DNA of 56,988 nucleotides. It comes from a virus. Taxonomy: Duplodnaviria > Caudoviricetes. The translations under genes and the position numbers were made by a program. How positions within the stretch are numbered: position 1 is the stretch's first letter; each line of letters opens with the position of its first letter. This document shows positions 1 to 6,494 of this stretch, in pieces. The stretch is taken from positions 1-56,988 of the IMG/VR virus record IMGVR_UViG_3300018080_000023; one strand, written 5' to 3'. Below the pieces are notes generated by a model, which saw only the letters and a program-made list of their open reading frames with translations, was not told the origin of the DNA and ran no database searches.

Positions 1-123
1 ATCTGTCGAACAAGTCAATCTCAGCCGGAGACTTAGACAACAATACTCATATTGAATACAGCGCGATAGAGGGTACATTCCCGAACTATAAGCAGGTTTT
101 GCCAGACTTCCACAAGATGGAAG
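1..123. repeat. 123-bp terminal direct repeat (copy 1); circular assembly overlap
   Basis: 1-123 is identical to 56866-56988, and an ORF reads straight through the junction. Confidence 0.97.
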
Positions 124-350
124 CCGACGGCAACAATGTCGTGAAGTTTATCATATCGCCCAAAAACCTAATGAAGGTCGCTAAGGCGGCAAAGGAGGCG
201 GATGGGGTCGGCGTGGAGATTATTGCGGCGAGCAAAGGGCGCACTATGTGCTCTCTTGAGCCATGCCAGATGACTATCCGTACAAAACAAGGCGATAACA
301 TAACGGCAGTCGTCATGCCTATGCGTGATGACTCCGCGATGGGCAACTAA
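3..350 (+). CDS. 3' part of a 124-aa beta-sliding-clamp domain-III-like protein (gene starts at ATG 56841 and crosses the junction)
   Basis: IEGTFPNYKQVLP and AVVMPMR match the DnaN linker (GrFPdYrrVlP) and C-terminus (yVVMPMR); the frame is open from 56841. Confidence 0.75.
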   Translation: MSNKSISAGDLDNNTHIEYSAIEGTFPNYKQVLPDFHKMEADGNNVVKFIISPKNLMKVAKAAKEADGVGVEIIAASKGRTMCSLEPCQMTIRTKQGDNITAVVMPMRDDSAMGN

Positions 351-369
351 AAAAAGAAAGGCACGGACA

Positions 370-690
370 ATGAAAAGTAGAAGACGATTTCCTATCGCGG
401 CCATGATGACGCTGAAGAGGGCAAACGCCATGAGGGATGTGAAGCCCGGCGCCGGACCGAGGCTCAAGCAGAGCAAGGTCAATCGCCCTAAGTGGAGATT
501 CCTCGCGAAACCCGGCAATCCTAGACCAATCCCGGCCCCGCATGTTCCGCTCTGGATGCAGGGCATTGCGGTAGACAAAACCCGGATAGGGTTCCTGACT
601 CGAAACTCGCGGTGTTTGTGTGGGAGCGGCCATAGGTTTAAGCGTTGCTGTATGATAGATCCCAAATCGTTTTTTAGGAGGACAAAATGA
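370..690 (+). CDS. basic protein with C-terminal SEC-C zinc-binding motif
   Basis: RNSRCLCGSGHRFKRCC matches RNxxCxCGSGxKxKxCC; ATG 370 lies just after the upstream stop. Confidence 0.8.
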   Translation: MKSRRRFPIAAMMTLKRANAMRDVKPGAGPRLKQSKVNRPKWRFLAKPGNPRPIPAPHVPLWMQGIAVDKTRIGFLTRNSRCLCGSGHRFKRCCMIDPKSFFRRTK

Positions 691-857
691 GGATAGGCGA
701 GATAATCAGAATGAAGATGCAGGGCATTGGTGTTGAGGTGAGGAGAACCGGATTGAATTCCGGGCATGTCTGCATTAATGGCAAGCCGGACGAATCGATA
801 TCTTTAATCTGGGCGGAGCGCGAGAGATCAGCAAGACCTAAGGTGCTGTCCGAATGA
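687..857 (+). CDS. small hypothetical protein (56 aa)
   Basis: AGGAGG RBS and ATGA overlaps at both ends; below the ORF-track cutoff. Confidence 0.55.
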   Translation: MRIGEIIRMKMQGIGVEVRRTGLNSGHVCINGKPDESISLIWAERERSARPKVLSE

Positions 858-1003
858 AACTGGTCGCTGTAACGGTTGCGGTTTGTATCTTCGGTGTTGG
901 AATAGGCGGCGTGCTGTGGTTGGCGGGATATGCCGCGTGGCAGGTTGTTTTGTTTCGGAGAGAGCAGAAGCGGCAGGACGTAACAAATGCAAGCGATGGT
1001 TGA
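854..1003 (+). CDS. small membrane protein (49 aa)
   Basis: MKLVAVTVAVCIFGVGIGGVLWLAGYAAW hydrophobic segment; ATGA overlap. Confidence 0.5.
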   Translation: MKLVAVTVAVCIFGVGIGGVLWLAGYAAWQVVLFRREQKRQDVTNASDG

Positions 1004-1046
1004 TAATTGTGGACGGGTGTTACAAGACAAAGGAAGGCGGTGAGGT

Positions 1047-1550
1047 GTGAGATTCATGACTAAGTTTAATACAGGTGATTGGGTATATGGATACTCTATT
1101 ACCAAAAGTAGGAAGAAGAAAATAAAGTGTGATCTTTGTGATGGGACAACAAAAGTGTGCATAAACGGGACGGAGGATCAAGCTGTTTGTCCGAGGTGTA
1201 ACTACAGGGGCTTTCTCTATCTTGACGAACCTTGCTGTGAGGCATTTCCTTTTTCTGGCATAGTGGGAAAAATTGCAATTGAATACTATGGTAACGAGGA
1301 TTTTGTGCCAGAAGATTATCGCGAGCGAGGAACTAAGGTGACATATATGCTGGCAGGTCACGGCATTGGGAGCGGTCGCGTGTTTGATGAGCGCGACTTA
1401 TTTGCTACGAAAGAAGCGGCAGACGCTAACCTAAAGAAAACGGAGGGAGATTGGGTGGCTTCGCAACACCATTACATTCAACAAGGCGGTAAGAATCGGT
1501 CAGAAGAAGCAAATAGGGCAGACGCCCCAAAGGAAGGTGGTGAGGGATGA
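1047..1550 (+). CDS. hypothetical protein with DnaJ-type zinc finger
   Basis: CDLCDGT...CPRCNYRG; GAGGT RBS. Confidence 0.65.
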   Translation: MRFMTKFNTGDWVYGYSITKSRKKKIKCDLCDGTTKVCINGTEDQAVCPRCNYRGFLYLDEPCCEAFPFSGIVGKIAIEYYGNEDFVPEDYRERGTKVTYMLAGHGIGSGRVFDERDLFATKEAADANLKKTEGDWVASQHHYIQQGGKNRSEEANRADAPKEGGEG

Positions 1551-1828
1551 AGAGATCATGCGCTAAGTGCGGAAGTGACGACCTGTGTATTAAGATTCAG
1601 CCCGAAGGGTTGCTCATAACAACATCAGCAAGAGGCAGACATCCGAGTGAGTTTGTTTATTCATCCGAATACGACTACTACTGGAGTCATACGGTGGAAA
1701 AAGAGCATCTCTTGATTCATTGCCGATGTTGCCAGCATGAATGGCGTGAGGCTTGTCTGGACGCAAATAGGGCAGGCGACCCACCAATTCAAGAATCAAA
1801 GAAACTCGACCATAAAAGCAAGTCATAA
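1547..1828 (+). CDS. zinc-ribbon hypothetical protein
   Basis: CAKCGS...CRCCQHEW; ATGA overlap. Confidence 0.65.
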   Translation: MKRSCAKCGSDDLCIKIQPEGLLITTSARGRHPSEFVYSSEYDYYWSHTVEKEHLLIHCRCCQHEWREACLDANRAGDPPIQESKKLDHKSKS

Positions 1829-1935
1829 TCACGATTATACGACGTAGAAAGAGGTGCGGAGTGATGCCACATATCGGGTATAAACAGGCGGCTGGTGCAG
1901 TAGATTGTACCTTGTCGGGTATAGGAGGTGCGGAG

Positions 1936-2202
1936 ATGAAATATATAGCATTGATATTAGTAGTGCTGGCAACAGGATGTGTTAGCAATGTGCCGCGTGA
2001 AGGAGTCTATCTTTACATCAACGGGGTGCAGTTTACCCGATGCGGAAGCGGATGGTATTCCGAGGAACTGATGACCGACAAGGATGTTAAGTTGTTCATG
2101 TCTGTTATGGGCGAAGAAAGACGACCAGAGAAAACATATGAGCATAACCATTGGAGTGACGCGGATGTTATGTTGGGGTCATCTAACCTCAAAATGAAGT
2201 AA
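1936..2202 (+). CDS. predicted lipoprotein
   Basis: MKYIALILVVLATG-C lipobox after a GGAGGT RBS. Confidence 0.7.
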   Translation: MKYIALILVVLATGCVSNVPREGVYLYINGVQFTRCGSGWYSEELMTDKDVKLFMSVMGEERRPEKTYEHNHWSDADVMLGSSNLKMK

Positions 2203-2215
2203 CAGGAGGTACGAA

Positions 2216-2620
2216 ATGAGATTCGACCAAGCATATGTTGAGAAGCTAGAAGCCAGAGTCAAGGAGCTGGAGGAATTGCTGGCAGGAAAGACCAGCACTC
2301 TGACATTACGCTTGCTAGATAGAGTCAAGGAATTGGAGGGGGAGAACGAAAACTATAAGGCATTAGTGGAGGACAAAATCCAACAGGCTAGACGGCTATA
2401 CCCTGACCTCCGAGCCAGAGTCAAGAATCTGGAGGCAAGAGTATCTGAGAAAGATGCGTCAAAAGAAATTAAGAAACGTAAACGTAAACATACCTGTACA
2501 CAATTCGAGTACGATCACGGAGTGGATGGTAAGAGTCACTTTCCAGTTATGCGTACATGTAAGACCTGTGGTAAACGAGAAATTCCAGACTTAGATACGG
2601 GCAAATGGAAGCGATACTAA
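2216..2620 (+). CDS. coiled-coil hypothetical protein with three RVK(E/N)LE repeats and a C-terminal HxC/CxxC motif
   Basis: AGGAGGT RBS; the repeats are visible in both protein and DNA. Confidence 0.7.
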   Translation: MRFDQAYVEKLEARVKELEELLAGKTSTLTLRLLDRVKELEGENENYKALVEDKIQQARRLYPDLRARVKNLEARVSEKDASKEIKKRKRKHTCTQFEYDHGVDGKSHFPVMRTCKTCGKREIPDLDTGKWKRY

Positions 2621-2640
2621 ATTACAGAAGAGATAATTAA

Positions 2641-2910
2641 ATGAAAAAACCTGAAGTAGGAATGCCTGTTTACCTGAAAACCAATGGGGTTGTTAATCGC
2701 AATTGGGTTGGGTGGGTGCGAAGAATTAACTGGATGACGGAGCTTGCCGAGATTAGTCCCGAAAGTGTAATTAGCACACATCTATCGGTGCGACCATTCT
2801 CTGATTTGGTTAGGGGTAAGTTTACATCAAGAATGCATCCACAATTGCCACAAGAAATTCGAAAATGGAAGGACATAAAAACAGACGATATGGGAGCAGT
2901 TTTAGAATAG
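2641..2910 (+). CDS. hypothetical protein
   Basis: co-oriented ORF in the small-gene array. Confidence 0.55.
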   Translation: MKKPEVGMPVYLKTNGVVNRNWVGWVRRINWMTELAEISPESVISTHLSVRPFSDLVRGKFTSRMHPQLPQEIRKWKDIKTDDMGAVLE

Positions 2911-2962
2911 GTAAACAATTTTAGTGAAGAATCGACAAATTACATAGCAAAGGAGGTGGGGA

Positions 2963-3151
2963 GTGAGCGACAATGTAGAGTTTATTGAATGGACTAAACA
3001 GCAGAATGAGTTACGAGAAAATGATAGACTGGAGTCTAGAATTAGGGAGCTAGAGGAAGGCATGAATATCATACTTGATATAGCCAAGGATGATGGTGGT
3101 TGCCTTGCAGATGCAGAGAATGTAGCCAAAAGGCTTATGAGAGGAGAGTGA
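2963..3151 (+). CDS. hypothetical coiled-coil protein
   Basis: GTG start inside a junction repeat carrying AGGAGGT. Confidence 0.6.
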   Translation: MSDNVEFIEWTKQQNELRENDRLESRIRELEEGMNIILDIAKDDGGCLADAENVAKRLMRGE

Positions 3152-3154
3152 GAT

Positions 3155-3550
3155 ATGGGAATGGGCAATCCAGTATTAGTTAAAGATTTTAAGATTTCGG
3201 TATGGTCTAAGGATCCAAAACTGTTCTGCTTAAACTGTTATAGATACGCATCAGAGTGTGAGTGCTGTGATGTCGAACATCGAAATATGCCTGAAGATAT
3301 ATGTGAGCAGCTACGATTCTTTAATGAAAAACTGTTGGAGGAAAGAAACTTAGACCGTAAAGTCTTAAATCTATTGCATCGTCTAGACCAAGATGCATTA
3401 TTTCAGGACAACTGGCATGGCAACGGTTGCATACACGGGTATAAACCATCATGTGACTGCCCAAATAAAGGGTGCCAAGATGCTGATGACCACAAGTTGT
3501 GGAATGAAATTGCAGAAGAATTAATGCAAGCAACAGGAGGTGCGGAGTGA
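3155..3550 (+). CDS. Cys-rich hypothetical protein
   Basis: ORF ends in a junction repeat with a GTGA overlap. Confidence 0.6.
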   Translation: MGMGNPVLVKDFKISVWSKDPKLFCLNCYRYASECECCDVEHRNMPEDICEQLRFFNEKLLEERNLDRKVLNLLHRLDQDALFQDNWHGNGCIHGYKPSCDCPNKGCQDADDHKLWNEIAEELMQATGGAE

Positions 3551-3903
3551 GTGAGAAAAAGCTAATTACACAAGTGCAACTGGATGCCGCAATTAAACAA
3601 GGCCAGTTTGACGCTAGCGACAAGGTGACAGAAGAGATATGGAATAGCCTTCCTAATGAAGCAAGCAACAGGAGGTGCGGAGTGAGTGACGAAGGAACGA
3701 GGGCATTAATCGACATCGACGATTATAAGATCAAGCTGGATGAGGTGCTTGCGGAGAAGAGGCGGGTGGAAGCCAGAGTCAAGGAGCTTGAGGACGGCAT
3801 ACGCACAGCCATGTTGCGCTTTTGCGATGAGGGTAGCTCTAAGATGATGGAAATACTGCTAGAGACGCTTGGTAGCAAACCGACAGAAAGGGAAGCGAAA
3901 TGA
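3547..3903 (+). CDS. hypothetical protein; contains a second in-frame RBS plus GTG start at 3682
   Basis: the same 29-bp junction repeat precedes both 3547 and 3682. Confidence 0.6.
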   Translation: MSEKKLITQVQLDAAIKQGQFDASDKVTEEIWNSLPNEASNRRCGVSDEGTRALIDIDDYKIKLDEVLAEKRRVEARVKELEDGIRTAMLRFCDEGSSKMMEILLETLGSKPTEREAK

Positions 3904-4106
3904 ACTTGAAGAAAAAGCTACATTTGAACACAGCGAACGATATGAAATGGTGGGACGTATTAAGGATGAACTGCCGATATTTGAATGGTCACAGAGAGTG
4001 TATTAATAGACCGCGCAAGTATGGGCTTGGGTACATCAGGTGCGAGTCACAGGGATGTCCTCTGCTTCGCAACGATTCGACAGAACGAAACAAGAAGGAG
4101 AAATAG
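3900..4106 (+). CDS. small Cys-containing hypothetical protein
   Basis: ATGA overlap with the upstream gene. Confidence 0.55.
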   Translation: MNLKKKLHLNTANDMKWWDVLRMNCRYLNGHRECINRPRKYGLGYIRCESQGCPLLRNDSTERNKKEK

Positions 4107-4108
4107 AG

Positions 4109-4396
4109 ATGACAACGAGCGAACTAATAGCAAAAATCAACGAAGCAAAACTGAGTTCAGCACATTGGGCTGAAGATGAATTTCCTGAGCTAGGGGGCGA
4201 GATAGATGCCGTCAACGAGGACGAGCATAGATGGTACACCATTAAAACATTAGTGTTCAAATTCGGAGATGACTTTATTGGTGTCCGTGGCGCAACAGGA
4301 TTGAAGTCGGAGTCTATGGGATACGATGACTGTTGTGTGGAGTGCGAGGCGTTTGAGATGAAAGAAGTTCAGTCGGTAACATACAAGAAGGCATGA
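4109..4396 (+). CDS. hypothetical protein
   Basis: AGGAG RBS before MTTSEL; acidic, with a DEHRWY motif. Confidence 0.65.
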   Translation: MTTSELIAKINEAKLSSAHWAEDEFPELGGEIDAVNEDEHRWYTIKTLVFKFGDDFIGVRGATGLKSESMGYDDCCVECEAFEMKEVQSVTYKKA

Positions 4397-4527
4397 AGAA
4401 GCTATACTGTTTTCTATTTGGGCATGACATGATTAAGGAAACCGAGATAGACAATACGCATTCAGTATTCGGTGACTTCGTGTGCATGAGATGTGGCAAA
4501 CGTCACGGTTATCAGTGGGATAGGTAA
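4393..4527 (+). CDS. DUF1660-like small zinc-binding phage protein (44 aa)
   Basis: MKKLYCFLFGHD...CMRCGK pattern; ATGA overlap. Confidence 0.6.
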   Translation: MKKLYCFLFGHDMIKETEIDNTHSVFGDFVCMRCGKRHGYQWDR

Positions 4528-4613
4528 TGCAATCTATTCCGACAGAACAAAGCAAAGGAGAGCAGGGATGAAGCTGAATCTGATTGTTAGGTGTGTAGAC
4601 AAGGAGAGAAAAC

Positions 4614-4799
4614 ATGACAAGACTTGAAACAGAACGAATCAAGGGGCACACAGAGGCAATGGAATGGTGCATGGAACTGGCTAAGCGATGGAGAGAACAG
4701 TCTGAAAAATTGACTGACGAAGAGCAGCTGCACGCCGGATTCCCTGACCAATTTGCTGACGAACTCGAAGAACACATTGACCAATACGCAAACACCTAA
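4614..4799 (+). CDS. hypothetical protein flanked by a 10-bp inverted repeat resembling integron attC core sites
   Basis: AAGGAG RBS; TGTTAGGTGT (4585-4594) and ACACCTAACA (4792-4801). Confidence 0.6.
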   Translation: MTRLETERIKGHTEAMEWCMELAKRWREQSEKLTDEEQLHAGFPDQFADELEEHIDQYANT

Positions 4800-4852
4800 C
4801 AGAGACTAGGCGAACGGTCGCACGAAAAGCACTAGAAGAAAGCGAGGATGGA

Positions 4853-5146
4853 ATGAGTGACTTCTACGAACCAGACAATATTCCTCACAATGTGCAGGAG
4901 GCTAGAGAAATTATGGCTGATGGACTACTAAAACAAAATAACGAACTAAAGCAACGCATTGCCGAGTTGGAGGAACAGTTAAAGCTAGAGCAACGTCCGT
5001 GGTCAGTTGAGTTCTGCTATAACAATGGAGACAATCCTTTTGCTAGGATTCCACTGAGAATAGTTGATGTCGGTGTAGCAGACCATATTCTTGTAGTTAA
5101 AAATGACAAGATTGAGCAAGCACTAGAGAAAGCGAGGATGGGATGA
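4853..5146 (+). CDS. hypothetical protein
   Basis: bounded on both sides by the same ~34-bp junction repeat. Confidence 0.65.
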   Translation: MSDFYEPDNIPHNVQEAREIMADGLLKQNNELKQRIAELEEQLKLEQRPWSVEFCYNNGDNPFARIPLRIVDVGVADHILVVKNDKIEQALEKARMG

Positions 5147-5174
5147 GTGACAAACCGACAGGAGGTACCTCGAA

Positions 5175-5354
5175 ATGAAGTGGGTATTGTATCGGCTGGT
5201 AATGAGAATAGCTCACCGATTCAACTGGCACTATGCACCACCGATCTATCCAGAGGGCGACACTCAACTCTGGTGTAAGTGGTGTGGCTTCAGGGCTACA
5301 GTTAAAAGGTCTGGAGTGAAACCGACATTACATAGCAAAGGAGGTGGGGAGTGA
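5175..5354 (+). CDS. small hypothetical protein (59 aa, CKWC motif)
   Basis: AGGAGGT RBS; ends within the 28-bp junction repeat. Confidence 0.6.
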   Translation: MKWVLYRLVMRIAHRFNWHYAPPIYPEGDTQLWCKWCGFRATVKRSGVKPTLHSKGGGE

Positions 5355-5433
5355 ACCTCGCCAGCCTGTCAGAAAAACAACCATCTATTTCTCACACATT
5401 ATTGTTAATAGACAGAAAGGTATATTAAACGAA

Positions 5434-5640
5434 ATGAGCCTAAAATACGAACAGTACAGAGCATTAAAGATTACCCGCGATTTCCTCAGGGATATCATTG
5501 CGAAACCGAGGCAACCCCAGAAGGTATTGAAGCAGCGAGCGTCATCCTGCCTGCGCCATTATCCGTTCCTAAAGAGCAACGGAGAGCCGATGTTCAGTGC
5601 CGACGACTTTGAGTGTCCTGATATTGATACGGAGGGATAA
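5434..5640 (+). CDS. BPSL0761-like conserved phage protein
   Basis: YEQYRAL...RDFL...A..CLRHYP pattern; GAAAGG RBS. Confidence 0.55.
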   Translation: MSLKYEQYRALKITRDFLRDIIAKPRQPQKVLKQRASSCLRHYPFLKSNGEPMFSADDFECPDIDTEG

Positions 5641-5786
5641 TGAGAGCCTTAACGGTAATCATGGTTGTTATAGCTATAGCGGCGATAGCGGCCTCTCTTC
5701 ATAATCCCCACAAGCATCCTTGACTGTCATGCCGCTTTGTGATACAAACCGACAAAGTTCAGGAATTGCCGACGAAGGAGCCGACG

Positions 5787-6494
5787 ATGCCTAAGAGAAA
5801 AGTCAGTGTGAAAAAATCCGCCACAGAGAAGGGCCCAAAAAAGAAACCCACCGTCAAGAAGCGGAAAGAAAAAGTCGAAGAGCCTGAGGTGATGAAGGAC
5901 TATTCAAAGCCCCTCAAGCGCATCCAGCACGAGCAATTCTGTCAAGCCATGATTACCGAGCCGTACGCAACCAGAGCTTACCTTAAGGTTTATCCCGATT
6001 CTTCCTATGACGCCGCCGCCGTATCCGCCCACACACTCCTGAATAAACCAGATATAGCAGGCCGGATAGCCCACCTCATGGGGAGGGCCGCAGAAGACTG
6101 CATTGCCAGCAAGAAAGAGCTCCTGAAGACTTACACAGAGACTGTCCGGGCAGACATTGCTGACTACCTGACGTGCGGCATTGACGGCGTATGGTACGTG
6201 AGTATAGGGAAAGACATGCCCAACACGAGGGCCATCAAGAAGATCAAGACCACCACGCGGATTTCTGGTAACGGTGATGACGCCGAGACTGCTATAATAA
6301 CAGAGCTTGAGCTTAAGGATCAGGTTGCCGCAGGGCGAGAGATCGCTAAGCTTCTCAACCTCACAGAAGGCCGGGATGATCATTTAACAGTGGACGCTGG
6401 TCCGACCCTGAGAGACATGCTTCTCCGCGCACAAGACCAGCCGCGAGGACTACCCCCTCACTTGCGGGTAGAAAAAGGCGATAAGGCAAGTTGA
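5787..6494 (+). CDS. terS: terminase small subunit
   Basis: HTH-type segment EQFCQ...ATRAYLKVY...AAVSAHTLL..PDI; directly upstream of and overlapping TerL. Confidence 0.85.
   Translation: MPKRKVSVKKSATEKGPKKKPTVKKRKEKVEEPEVMKDYSKPLKRIQHEQFCQAMITEPYATRAYLKVYPDSSYDAAAVSAHTLLNKPDIAGRIAHLMGRAAEDCIASKKELLKTYTETVRADIADYLTCGIDGVWYVSIGKDMPNTRAIKKIKTTTRISGNGDDAETAIITELELKDQVAAGREIAKLLNLTEGRDDHLTVDAGPTLRDMLLRAQDQPRGLPPHLRVEKGDKAS

Noticed and set aside
1-123. Terminal repeat as a biological direct terminal repeat
   Set aside because: It falls mid-gene and the ORF continues across it, so an assembler overlap of a circular or permuted genome is more likely; read-end mapping would be needed.
1500-5360. 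CRISPR array formed by the 28-35-bp repeats
   Set aside because: The repeats are different pairs, irregularly spaced, contain RBS and start/stop codons and are separated by genes; no cas genes are present.
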